This document shows positions 1 to 9,463 of a stretch of 64,000 bases of DNA, one piece after another; position 1 is the stretch's first letter; every line of letters begins with the position of its first letter. Location: contig JAGBLA010000203.1 of assembly GCA_017635675.1 (NCBI GenBank), positions 20,842-84,841 of the forward strand, in the 5' to 3' direction. Source of the stretch: Ruminiclostridium sp. GTDB lineage: Bacteria > Bacillota > Clostridia > Oscillospirales > Ruminococcaceae. The position numbers and the translations under genes are program-made. Under the pieces are notes generated by a model. That model had not been told where the DNA came from, searched no databases, and saw nothing but the letters and a program-made list of their open reading frames with translations.

Positions 1-131
1 TCGCGGCAGTGGTGCCGTTCTATGTATTTTCCGCGTGGGTAGATACGGCACTCACTACGCTTGACAAGTGGCTCGGGTCAAATGACCGCATTACAGGATA
101 TGTAGGCAGCGGAAAAGAATACAGGAGATGA
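1..131 (+). CDS. 3' end of a putative phage holin-like protein (truncated by window edge)
   Basis: Open frame from position 3 reads AAVVPFYVFSAWVDTALTTLDKWLGSNDRITGYVGSGKEYRR*. Its TGA (129-131) overlaps the next ATG (ATGA). It resembles the C-terminus of small clostridial phage proteins found next to endolysins. Not in the ORF track. Confidence 0.5.
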   Translation, partial: AAVVPFYVFSAWVDTALTTLDKWLGSNDRITGYVGSGKEYRR

Positions 132-883
132 CCGATATGGGGATATATACGAATGAAGGACTTGTCAAACACGCCGAAAAGGCGCTCGCACTCAAAACGA
201 AATATATGTGGGGCGGTATTCTCCGTCCCGTTGAGCAGCAGTACGATATGCTGTTCAAGATGTACGGGAACAAGGCGGGAACAGGCTACTCGACAGCACG
301 CTGGAACGAGCTCTCGCAGCTCCGTAATAAGGGATATTACGGCGTGGACTGCGTGGGGCTCGTAAAGTCCTACTACTGGAGCGGAAAGGCGGACGGCGGT
401 ACAGGCTCTCCGAAATACGGCGCGGCGGGTTTTCCCGATGTAAATGCGAATTATATGTATCAAGCCGCGAAAATCAAGGGAAAGATATCCACAATGCCGG
501 AGATACCCGGTCTTATAATGTACAGCAAATCCCACCCGCACGTCGGCATTTATATCGGTAACGGGTACACGATAGAAAGCACACTCGGAGCACGCGGGGA
601 CGGAGTTGTCAAGCGCAAGCTCGATAACTTCTGGGAATACTGGTTTGAATGTCCTTACATCAGCTATCCCGACAGCGGTACAGGCTCCGTTAAAAACGAG
701 CCGTACAGGGTCGGTGACAAGGTACAGATAAAACGATCCGCTAAATGCTACTCCGGGACGGATATTTCCATACCCGACAGTGTGAAGCGCGGTACATACA
801 CGATCGCGAAGATCATGTCCGGCAGGGTGCTTCTTATGGAGCTTTACAGCTGGGTAAGCGCTTCGGATGTTACAAGAGCATGA
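128..883 (+). CDS. NlpC/P60-type cell-wall hydrolase (endolysin-like) with C-terminal SH3-like wall-binding domain
   Basis: KYMWGG, GVDCVGLVK (catalytic Cys) and HVGIYIGNG (catalytic His); C-terminal YRVGDKVQIK...SWV is SH3-like. Confidence 0.8.
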   Translation: MTDMGIYTNEGLVKHAEKALALKTKYMWGGILRPVEQQYDMLFKMYGNKAGTGYSTARWNELSQLRNKGYYGVDCVGLVKSYYWSGKADGGTGSPKYGAAGFPDVNANYMYQAAKIKGKISTMPEIPGLIMYSKSHPHVGIYIGNGYTIESTLGARGDGVVKRKLDNFWEYWFECPYISYPDSGTGSVKNEPYRVGDKVQIKRSAKCYSGTDISIPDSVKRGTYTIAKIMSGRVLLMELYSWVSASDVTRA

Positions 884-885
884 AA

Positions 886-930
886 AGACCCCGCACATCG
901 GCTGTGAACCGATGTGCGGGGTATTTTTTA
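886..930. terminator. Bidirectional intrinsic terminator
   Basis: ACCCCGCACATCGG-ctgtgaa-CCGATGTGCGGGGT, A-rich before and T-rich after, between convergent genes. Confidence 0.85.
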
Positions 931-3714
931 TTCTTTTATAAGCGCCGAAAGCGTATCGTACAGCCGCTCCGGCTCCACGGGTTTCGACAGATGCGCCGTC
1001 ATTCCTGCCTGGAGCGAGAGCTGGACGTCCTCATCGAACGCATTGGCAGTCATTGCGATTATAGGCACCGTCTTTGCGTCCCGGCGCTCCATTGCGCGTA
1101 TCGCGGCGGTCGCCTGCAAGCCGTCCATGACAGGCATCCGCACGTCCATAAGTATCGCGTCGTAGAAACCTTCGGGGCTTTCGCTGAATTTATCCGCGGC
1201 TATCCTGCCGTTTTCCGCGTGGTCGGCGGTCATGCCTTTCATCGAGAGTATTTTCTTCATTATCTCGGCATTTATCATAACGTCCTCGGCAAGAAGTATT
1301 TTCCTGCCGTCAAGTGATGCGCTGTGTGTTTTTTCTTCAGCTGCCGCGCTGCGCCGGAAGAGCACCTGACGGAACTCGCTGCGCAGCTCCGCCGCGAACA
1401 GCGGTTTGGACATGAACCCGTCAACTCCCGCTTTTCTCGCCTCCTCCTCGACATCGTCCCAGCTGTAAGCGGTGAGAATTATCACGGCTGAGCCGCCCCC
1501 TGCAAGCTCGCGGAGCCTTCGTGTCACTTCTATGCCGTCGGCTCCGGGCATTTTAAGATCCACAAGTATCAGATCATACTCCTCGCGCCGCGCAAGCTGC
1601 AGCTTTACGCGTTCCTCCGCTTCATCGCCGCTCATGCAGACATCCGCCGTTACGCCCATTTCTTCAAGCACTATCTTCGCGTGCTCACAATCGACCTTCT
1701 CATCGTCGATGACCAGTACGCGCATATTCTGCGGCTCTTTCCCGCAGCTTTCGTGACTGCGCCGGCTTTTTTTCAGCGTGACATTCACGGTGAACTCAGT
1801 TCCCTTGCCCTTCTCCGACTTCACCGAGATGTTGCCGTTCATCATCTCCACTATGTTTTTGGTTATAGCCATTCCGAGCCCCGTGCCGCCGTACCTGTTC
1901 GCGGCTGTGTCATCCTCCTGGCTGAACGCCTCAAATATTTTCGGTATGAACTCCTTGTCCATGCCTATGCCCGTGTCCTTCATTATGAAACGTATCGTGC
2001 ATTTATCATCGTAGGACGCGGCATTTTCCACCGTGAAGCTCACTGTACCGCCCGCAGGGGTGAACTTGACCGCGTTGCCGAGGATATTTATCAGCACCTG
2101 TTTGAGTTTCATATCATCGCCGATGTAATAGTCGGAGAAACTGCCTGTCATGCGGCATTCGTAATTCAGCCCCTTGTCGCGGCACTGACCGTTTATCATG
2201 GTGTTTATCTGGCCGAGCATACCGGAGAACAGGAACTCCTCGTTTTTAAGCACCATTCTTCCGCTCTCTATCCTGCTCATGTCGAGTATGTCGTTTATGA
2301 GAGCAAGCAGATGCTTTGCGCTGCCGTTTATCTTTTCAAGCTGATCCCGTGTCTCGGGGGAAAGGTCCTTTTCCTTGAGCGCGATATTATCAAGCCCAAT
2401 GATAGCGTTCATAGGAGTTCTTATCTCGTGGCTCATGCTCGACAGGAACGCCGCCTTGGCATGGTTCGCCGCACGCGCTTCTTCCAGCGCAAGAGCAAGA
2501 GCTTCGTTCTTCTCGCGCTGTTCGCGCAGCACATCTGTGATGTCGCTCTTCAGCAGTATATAAAACCTCGTTTCGCGGTCAACGGTATAGAACACGAAAC
2601 GCTTATTGTATATCTCGCCGTCTATCTCGCAGTTCACATCTACCGTATATGGTTCGGTACGAGCAAGGCTCGATTCCACGGTCTCCTCGGACAGAGCACG
2701 GAGAAGCTCGTCCTTATTGTGATGCTTTACCGATGCAGAGGGTATCACCTGACCCGTGATGTAATCCATGTATGAGCCTGTGTCACGGAGCGGGAAGATA
2801 TTTCCGTGCTTGATGTTGCGGCGGTCACCGATAACTACGCCGTAGCTGCCGCCGACGATGTAGCTTACCATGTCATACTGGCTGGCGAGAACTTTGGAGT
2901 TGAGGATCTCGGTAACTTTTTCGTTATTGTTCTCCGTCTCGGTCATGAACGCTATGATATCGCCCGTTGAAGGCTCACGGCGCACGGAAACGGAGAACTT
3001 CACAAAGCACTGTTTCCCCGACTGGCGGCGGGAGAACACCATGAGCGGCGGATTGTCCTCGGTGCTGTCACAAAGTCCCCGCAGCGCGTCGATGCTGAAT
3101 GAGCCGCGGCACCTCTCGCGCTCGGTCTTTATCAGCATATTGTCGATGCGCGCCTTTATCGCGTCCTCCGCTTTTGCTCCCGGGCGGTCGGTGTAGTAAA
3201 GGTCATACCCTCTCGCCTCCTCAAGCTCTCCGGTCGTGAGGTTCATGCGCAGCATAGCAAGGCTTTCATCAGCAAGCGTGTTCAGCTCGCGGTTTACAAC
3301 GTTGTACATATCCTCAGCCCTGTTCTGGCTGTTCTTTATCTCGGTTATGTCGAAATATGTGCAGTACGCGTAGGATCCGCCGTTATAATCTATGAATGAG
3401 TAATGTATGCAGACCCATATCCACTTTCCCGTCATGGTCTGCTTGCGAACATTAAGGTGGTTGGTGCCGCCGCGGGTGATGCGGTTGCGGAAAAGATACG
3501 CAACCTCAGAACGGTCATCGGGATGTATGGTCTTCATGGTGCCGCCGCTTTCGAGCTTCTTGAAATCCTCGGCGCTGCCCTCCATCATGTCGGTAAATTC
3601 CTTCGAGCACCATATCGGGTAATAGCTTCCGTCCGGCTCGACCTTCATCAGTACAGAGTTGTTGTCGAGCGAATAGAACAGGTCTTTGTAGAACTTGTCG
3701 TTGAATCCTATCAT
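928..3714 (-). CDS. Cytoplasmic hybrid sensor histidine kinase (PAS-HisKA-HATPase-REC-REC)
   Basis: PAS motif IHPDD; H-box FLSSMSHEIRTPMN; NILGNAVKFT, DTGIG and GGTGLG boxes; two receiver domains (DLKMP, DVRMP). Confidence 0.92.
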   Translation of the reverse strand: MIGFNDKFYKDLFYSLDNNSVLMKVEPDGSYYPIWCSKEFTDMMEGSAEDFKKLESGGTMKTIHPDDRSEVAYLFRNRITRGGTNHLNVRKQTMTGKWIWVCIHYSFIDYNGGSYAYCTYFDITEIKNSQNRAEDMYNVVNRELNTLADESLAMLRMNLTTGELEEARGYDLYYTDRPGAKAEDAIKARIDNMLIKTERERCRGSFSIDALRGLCDSTEDNPPLMVFSRRQSGKQCFVKFSVSVRREPSTGDIIAFMTETENNNEKVTEILNSKVLASQYDMVSYIVGGSYGVVIGDRRNIKHGNIFPLRDTGSYMDYITGQVIPSASVKHHNKDELLRALSEETVESSLARTEPYTVDVNCEIDGEIYNKRFVFYTVDRETRFYILLKSDITDVLREQREKNEALALALEEARAANHAKAAFLSSMSHEIRTPMNAIIGLDNIALKEKDLSPETRDQLEKINGSAKHLLALINDILDMSRIESGRMVLKNEEFLFSGMLGQINTMINGQCRDKGLNYECRMTGSFSDYYIGDDMKLKQVLINILGNAVKFTPAGGTVSFTVENAASYDDKCTIRFIMKDTGIGMDKEFIPKIFEAFSQEDDTAANRYGGTGLGMAITKNIVEMMNGNISVKSEKGKGTEFTVNVTLKKSRRSHESCGKEPQNMRVLVIDDEKVDCEHAKIVLEEMGVTADVCMSGDEAEERVKLQLARREEYDLILVDLKMPGADGIEVTRRLRELAGGGSAVIILTAYSWDDVEEEARKAGVDGFMSKPLFAAELRSEFRQVLFRRSAAAEEKTHSASLDGRKILLAEDVMINAEIMKKILSMKGMTADHAENGRIAADKFSESPEGFYDAILMDVRMPVMDGLQATAAIRAMERRDAKTVPIIAMTANAFDEDVQLSLQAGMTAHLSKPVEPERLYDTLSALIKE

Positions 3715-3742
3715 ACGGCACCTCCGGATACATATTTAATTT

Positions 3743-3771
3743 ATTATAGCATACCATTGAAATTTTTACAA
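3743..3771 (-). promoter_or_regulatory. sigmaA-type promoter for the leftward kinase
   Basis: Minus strand TTGTAA-17 nt-TATAAT with extended -10 TG. Confidence 0.65.
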
Positions 3772-3818
3772 CCCCCAATCGCTGATTTTCGCGCTCTTAC
3801 GTAAATTCACAGCCGCGG

Positions 3819-3848
3819 TTGACAAATATGCGCACGCTGTGGTATAAT
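3819..3848 (+). promoter_or_regulatory. sigmaA-type promoter for the rightward kinase
   Basis: TTGACA-18 nt-TATAAT with extended -10 TG. Confidence 0.7.
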
Positions 3849-3899
3849 TAATTAAATATACATTCTATCGGCTTTAGTCGGTGTTCAGGGAGTGATAAG

Positions 3900-6653
3900 A
3901 TGATCTACTATCAGATAAATCTCTATCTTGCCATTACACTCTGCGGTATTTTCCTGTGGAAGTGGAACAGATATATATCGGTCAGCTATTCCGTCGTTTT
4001 CCTGCTTATCCCATTCATCAATCTCGGCTATTTCAGGATAGCGGTGGCGGAGTCATATACCGAGGCTATTCTCGCAAACGGGCTTTGCTATATATGCTCA
4101 AGCTTTTTGCAGCTCGGCATAACGGTGTATGTATTCTCATTCTGTCATCTCAAAATGCCGAAGTTTCTCAGTCTTCCGCTGTTCGTCACAAGCTCGGGTA
4201 TCGGCGCGATAGCCTTTACCACCCACCACAACCACCTGCTCTACAAGGAGTCAGAGCTTGTGGTCAACGACGGCATCGCATCGCTGCAGAAAGTATATGG
4301 CCCCGTACATACCGTGTTCTATGCCATGATAGTCGTCTGTATGCTGGTAGATGTCGGGGTGCTTATATACGCCTTTACCCGTAAGGACGTATCAAAGAAA
4401 AACGCGATGATACTCGCGGTTGTATATGTGATAAACGTTACGTCCTTCTTTTTCTCGAGGATATTCCACCTTCCTATCGAGACACAGCCCGCCGCTTACA
4501 CGTTGACACAGGCGGTAATGCTTATCCTCAGCGGAAGGCTCAGAATGTACTCTATCTCGGAAATGGCGGTGGATACGATAACCAACGAGGGAAAGACAGG
4601 TTTCGTATCTTTTGACCGCACGCGTCATTACCTCGGCTGCGCGGGGCCTGCCGTAAAGTACCTGCCCGAGCTCAAGGATCTGTACATCGACTGTCCGCTG
4701 CACCGCGGCGATCCGAAGTTCGATATGTTCCAGAAGTGGCTCGATACGGTCGACCTTAATAACCAGACATCGGAATTTACCATGGAACGCGGCGGTGTAA
4801 GCTACAGCATAACCGCGAGCCACTTCATGTCAAACGGCAGGATAAGGGGCTATCAGATAAGCATCGACGACAGCACCGACAAGACCCGCTATATCCGCCT
4901 GCTGCAGGAGGCAAGGCAGTCCGCCGAGGCCGTTTCTCAGGCAAAGGGCGACTTCCTTGCGCATATGTCGCACGAGATACGCACGCCTATCAACGCTATC
5001 CTCGGCATGGACGAGATGATACTCCGCGAGAGCAACGACGAACAGACCCTTGTATATGCGGAGGACATCAAAAAGGCGGGGAATACCCTGCTCGGGCTTA
5101 TAAACGACATTCTTGACTTCTCGAAGATAGAAGCGGGAAAGACCGAGCTTATCCCCGTGGATTATCAGCTTTCCTCCGTGCTCAACGACCTGTCGAACAT
5201 GATAGAGCCACGCGCCAACGAAAAAGGGCTCGCGTTCAGCGTCAAGGTCGATCCGTCGATACCGGATTATCTGCACGGCGATGAGATACGCATAAAGCAG
5301 ATAATCATGAACCTCCTCACCAACGCGGTGAAGTACACCAAGCACGGCTCGGTGACGCTTGCGGTGGAGCATGAGCGCGACCGTGACGACCTGTACCTTC
5401 GGGTAAGTGTACAGGACACGGGCGTGGGCATAAAGCAGGAGGACATCGACAAGCTGTTCATCGCTTTTGAACGTATAGAGGAGGATCGCAACCGATCTAT
5501 CGAGGGTACGGGGCTTGGTATTACCATTACCCAGCAGCTTCTCACGCTTATGGGCAGCCGTCTTGAGGTCAAGAGCGTTTACGGAGAGGGGTCGGTATTC
5601 TACTTCACGATAAAGCAGGGTATAGCCAAAGATACTCCCATAGGCGATTACTCCGCTGCTCTCGAACGCTCCGCGGAATCACGGAGGAAATACCACGAAT
5701 CCTTCACCGCGCCCGACGCTAAGGTGCTGGTGGTAGATGATACGGAAATGAACCTTGTGGTGTTCGTGAACCTGCTCAAAAAGACAAAAATGCAGATAGA
5801 CCCCGCCATGAGCGGAGATGAGGCTATCGCGCTCGCGCACGTGAAAAAGTATGACCTTATCTTCCTTGACCACAGAATGCCCAACAAGGACGGTATTCAA
5901 ACGCTTGCGGAGATAAAGGCTGACCCGACGGGGCTCAACCGCGACACTCCTGTGGTGAGCCTTACCGCGAACGCGATCTCGGGCATGAGGGAGAAGTACA
6001 TCGCGGCGGGATTTGTGGAATACCTCACCAAGCCTATCGACCCGATAAAGCTTGAAACCATGATAATCGAGCTGCTTCCCGACGATATGATACAGGCGGC
6101 GGAGCACGGCGATACGGGAGTCGGTGACGCGGACGACGACGGGAGCGAGGCGGCGGAGCTGCTGGAGATATACCTCGGAAACATAAACACCATGGCGAAG
6201 GAGATCGACACGCTGTACGAGAACGAGGACTGGACAAACTATACCATAAAGGTACACGCACTCAAAAGCACCTCGCGCCTTGTGGGAGAATTTGAGATAA
6301 GCAGCCTTGCCGAACAGCTCGAAAAAGCAGGTGACAGCGGGAATATACCGTTTATCCGCGACAACACCTGCCGACTGCTTGAAATGTACCGTGCCGTCCC
6401 CGCCAAATACGGGCGTGATACCGAAGATGAAGACGGAACGGAGAACAAACCCGAAGCTACCGAGGAAATGATGCTCGACGCTTACGCTGATATGCGCGCC
6501 GCAGTGAAGGAATACGACTATGACGCGCTTTGCGGTGTACTTGATGAGCTCAGCGACTACGCCGTTCCCGATTCACACACGAAGAAACTCGCGGACATAA
6601 GCGCCGCCGTTGACAGAGTGGACTGGGGAGAGCTTAATCAGCTCCTTTCGTGA
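3900..6653 (+). CDS. Membrane hybrid histidine kinase (about 7 TM N-terminus, HisKA, HATPase, REC, Hpt)
   Basis: Hydrophobic N-terminal ~210 aa; FLAHMSHEIRTPIN; NLLTNAVKYT; receiver LDHRMP; Hpt motif VHALKSTSRLVG. Confidence 0.92.
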   Translation: MIYYQINLYLAITLCGIFLWKWNRYISVSYSVVFLLIPFINLGYFRIAVAESYTEAILANGLCYICSSFLQLGITVYVFSFCHLKMPKFLSLPLFVTSSGIGAIAFTTHHNHLLYKESELVVNDGIASLQKVYGPVHTVFYAMIVVCMLVDVGVLIYAFTRKDVSKKNAMILAVVYVINVTSFFFSRIFHLPIETQPAAYTLTQAVMLILSGRLRMYSISEMAVDTITNEGKTGFVSFDRTRHYLGCAGPAVKYLPELKDLYIDCPLHRGDPKFDMFQKWLDTVDLNNQTSEFTMERGGVSYSITASHFMSNGRIRGYQISIDDSTDKTRYIRLLQEARQSAEAVSQAKGDFLAHMSHEIRTPINAILGMDEMILRESNDEQTLVYAEDIKKAGNTLLGLINDILDFSKIEAGKTELIPVDYQLSSVLNDLSNMIEPRANEKGLAFSVKVDPSIPDYLHGDEIRIKQIIMNLLTNAVKYTKHGSVTLAVEHERDRDDLYLRVSVQDTGVGIKQEDIDKLFIAFERIEEDRNRSIEGTGLGITITQQLLTLMGSRLEVKSVYGEGSVFYFTIKQGIAKDTPIGDYSAALERSAESRRKYHESFTAPDAKVLVVDDTEMNLVVFVNLLKKTKMQIDPAMSGDEAIALAHVKKYDLIFLDHRMPNKDGIQTLAEIKADPTGLNRDTPVVSLTANAISGMREKYIAAGFVEYLTKPIDPIKLETMIIELLPDDMIQAAEHGDTGVGDADDDGSEAAELLEIYLGNINTMAKEIDTLYENEDWTNYTIKVHALKSTSRLVGEFEISSLAEQLEKAGDSGNIPFIRDNTCRLLEMYRAVPAKYGRDTEDEDGTENKPEATEEMMLDAYADMRAAVKEYDYDALCGVLDELSDYAVPDSHTKKLADISAAVDRVDWGELNQLLS

Positions 6654-6724
6654 AACGATGTGAATAATCTTTGTGAATAATTGCTGAATATGTTAGTAAA
6701 AAATGATGATTTTTCATAAAACTA

Positions 6725-6752
6725 TTGCAATTTCCATAAAATGTGGTACAAT
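6725..6752 (+). promoter_or_regulatory. sigmaA-type promoter of glgA
   Basis: TTGCAA-16 nt-TACAAT with TG extension. Confidence 0.55.
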
Positions 6753-6874
6753 ATATTTGGGTGATTGTAAATTCATCACCGTGGAGCAGACCCGCTGTCC
6801 GCAAACGGCAGATCTGATCCTAAAACAGCCGTGAGCGGTATCGCCGCTTTCGTGCATGACAGGAGGAGAATATC

Positions 6875-8311
6875 ATGAAGATCTTATATGCCGCAAGCGA
6901 GGCGCAGCCTTTCGCGGCTTCCGGCGGACTTGCCGATGTTGCGGGCTCCCTGCCGAAAGCACTCGTCGAAGCAGGACACGAGTGCATGGTGGTCATGCCT
7001 TACTATATCAACACTATAAAGCCTGAGGTCCGCGAAAAGCTTGAGTACATCACCAATTTCTATGTACCTGTAGGCTGGCGTTCACAGTATTGCGGTATTT
7101 TCACAACAGAACTCAACGGAGTAAAGTATTATTTCATCGACAACGAGTATTATTTCAAGCGTGATTTCGGTCTTTACGGCTATTATGACGACGCGGAAAG
7201 ATACGCGTTTTTCTCGAGAGCTGTCCTCGAAATGCTTGAGCACCTCGAAATAAAGCCCGACATCATCAACTCAAATGACTGGCAGACCGCGCTTATCCCG
7301 ATATACTACAACATTTACTACAAGTACCACCACAATATGTGGGGCATCAGAAACGTGTTCACGATACACAATATCGGATATCAGGGTCAGTACGGGCTTG
7401 AGCTCACCGAGGAGATATTCTCGATACCGAGACATTTAAGCTCGATCATAGAATATGACGGCGACGCGAACCTCATGAAGGGCGCTATTGAAATGGCGGA
7501 TAAGGTAACTACCGTTTCCCCGACATACGCTAAAGAAATACTCAACCCGTGGTTCTCTCACGGTCTCGACCGCTGCCTCAACACCAAGCAGTACAAGACC
7601 TGCGGTTTCCTCAACGGTATCGATACCGATATGTACAACAGCAAGACCGACAAGGATATCCCCGCAAACTTCAGCGTGGGCAAAATGGCAGGCAAGGCTA
7701 CCTGTAAGGAGAAGCTGCTCGAAGAAGCAGGGCTTCCCGGCGGCGATTCGCCTGTTATGGGAATTATCTCCCGCCTTGTTGAGCACAAGGGTTTCGACCT
7801 TATCAAGTGCGTCCTCGATGATGTGGTATGCTCCGGCATAAAGGTGGTCGTTCTCGGCTCCGGTGAAAAGCAGTATGAGGATTACTTCTACTATATGCAG
7901 AACAAGTACCCCGAGGCAGTAAGCTTCAAGTGCGGCTATATCCCCGCTTACGCGAAGCGCATATACGCAGGCGCTGATATGTTCCTCATGCCGAGCAAGA
8001 GCGAGCCCTGCGGACTTGCGCAGATGATAGCGCTCCGCTACGGTACAGTGCCGATCGTGCGCGCTACCGGCGGTCTGAAGGACTCCATTCTCGACTACGG
8101 CGATCCCAGCGGCGAGGGCGTGGGCTTTACGTTCCAGTCGTATAACGCACTCGATATGCTCGGCGCTATCAACAGAGCCAAGGAGACATACGACGATCAG
8201 CCGAGATGGAAAAAGCTCGTGGAGACCGGCATGAAGAAGGACTTCAGCTGGAAGCAGTCGGCTAAGCTGTACATCGGACTTTACGAGGAGCTTTGCAGCT
8301 GGGAGAACTGA
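6875..8311 (+). CDS. glgA: Glycogen synthase
   Basis: SEAQPFAASGGLADV (KxGGL-like), NDWQTA, FTIHNIGYQG, EPCGLAQMIA; AGGAGG RBS. Confidence 0.93.
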   Translation: MKILYAASEAQPFAASGGLADVAGSLPKALVEAGHECMVVMPYYINTIKPEVREKLEYITNFYVPVGWRSQYCGIFTTELNGVKYYFIDNEYYFKRDFGLYGYYDDAERYAFFSRAVLEMLEHLEIKPDIINSNDWQTALIPIYYNIYYKYHHNMWGIRNVFTIHNIGYQGQYGLELTEEIFSIPRHLSSIIEYDGDANLMKGAIEMADKVTTVSPTYAKEILNPWFSHGLDRCLNTKQYKTCGFLNGIDTDMYNSKTDKDIPANFSVGKMAGKATCKEKLLEEAGLPGGDSPVMGIISRLVEHKGFDLIKCVLDDVVCSGIKVVVLGSGEKQYEDYFYYMQNKYPEAVSFKCGYIPAYAKRIYAGADMFLMPSKSEPCGLAQMIALRYGTVPIVRATGGLKDSILDYGDPSGEGVGFTFQSYNALDMLGAINRAKETYDDQPRWKKLVETGMKKDFSWKQSAKLYIGLYEELCSWEN

Positions 8312-8342
8312 TCCTGAGCGCTGCTCCCGATGACAGGACATG

Positions 8343-8392
8343 AGCGCCGCACATCTTTAAATTTATCTCAAAGATGTGCGGCGCTGTTTTTA
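8343..8392 (+). terminator. Intrinsic terminator after glgA
   Basis: AGCGCCGCACATCTTT...AAAGATGTGCGGCGCT followed by GTTTTT. Confidence 0.8.
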
Positions 8393-8411
8393 AAGCGGAG
8401 ACAGACAAATA

Positions 8412-9410
8412 ATGAAAATAACCATACTCGGCTGCGGTTTCGGAACGGCTCTCGCGGTTCTGTGGAACAAGGCGGGACATGAAGTGACCGCGTGGACGAG
8501 GAATGAAGATGAGATCGGAGAAATACTCCGGTGCGGCGAGCATAAGCGCCTGCTCCCGGGGGTACCGGTGTCAAACAGGATAACGTTTACATCGGATATA
8601 GGCTGTGTGAAAAACGCCGACGCGGTGGTGTTCGCGATACCCTCGCCCGGAGTGCGGGAGGTCGCAAAAAAAGCCGCGCCCCACGTTCGCCCCGGCACGC
8701 TGATACTCAACGTCGGCAAGGGCTTTGAGGAAGGCTCGTTCAAGCGGCTGTCACAAGTGATATCCGAGGAGATACCCGACGGACGTATCTCGGTAATGGC
8801 AGGTCCCTGCCACGCCGAGGAGGTAAGCCGCAGTATCCCGACCACGGTCGTTATGTCCTCTGAGGATATGACGGCGGCGGAACAGCTCCAGGAGATGCTC
8901 CAGACATCGACCTTCCGTATCTACTGCAACAGTGACACCGCCGGCTGTGAGATAGCCGCGGCTCTCAAAAACCCCATAGCTCTTAGCTGCGGGATAATCG
9001 AGGGCATGAAGCTCGGCGACAACACCATATCTTCGCTCATGACAAGAGGGCTTGCGGAGATAACAAGGCTCGGTGCCGCAATGGGAGCCCACTGGGAGAC
9101 CTTCACGGGGCTCGCGGGGGTGGGAGACCTGATCGTTACCTGCACCTCAAAGCATTCCCGCAACCACAGAGCCGGCATACTTATCGGTGAGGGCATGAAG
9201 GCTGCCGAGGCAGTCGCAAATGTCGGCACCGTTGAGGGCTATAACTGCTGCCGTATAGCTTATGAATACTCAAAGAATCTCGGAGTGCGCACGCCGATAA
9301 TCGACGAGCTGTACAAGGTGTGCTTCGAGGACAAATCACCCGAGGAATGTGTACGGAACCTCATGACCCGCCCGCAGAGACACGAGCGTGAACCGTACTG
9401 GAACTCCTAA
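8412..9410 (+). CDS. gpsA: NAD(P)H-dependent glycerol-3-phosphate dehydrogenase
   Basis: GCGFGTALA Rossmann motif, GPCHAEEV, ALKNPIA, GLAGVGDLIVTCTSKHSRN. Confidence 0.93.
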   Translation: MKITILGCGFGTALAVLWNKAGHEVTAWTRNEDEIGEILRCGEHKRLLPGVPVSNRITFTSDIGCVKNADAVVFAIPSPGVREVAKKAAPHVRPGTLILNVGKGFEEGSFKRLSQVISEEIPDGRISVMAGPCHAEEVSRSIPTTVVMSSEDMTAAEQLQEMLQTSTFRIYCNSDTAGCEIAAALKNPIALSCGIIEGMKLGDNTISSLMTRGLAEITRLGAAMGAHWETFTGLAGVGDLIVTCTSKHSRNHRAGILIGEGMKAAEAVANVGTVEGYNCCRIAYEYSKNLGVRTPIIDELYKVCFEDKSPEECVRNLMTRPQRHEREPYWNS

Positions 9411-9463
9411 CAAAAACAATATATGCGATCACGCATTTTAATTCAGAAAGGTGGATAAAACCA

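Noticed and set aside
6781-6860. c-di-GMP-I riboswitch in the glgA leader
   Set aside because: GCAAA and CCTAA fragments are present, but the GNRA-loop/GACGCAAAGC core and P1 pairing are not; kept only as an unassigned structured leader.
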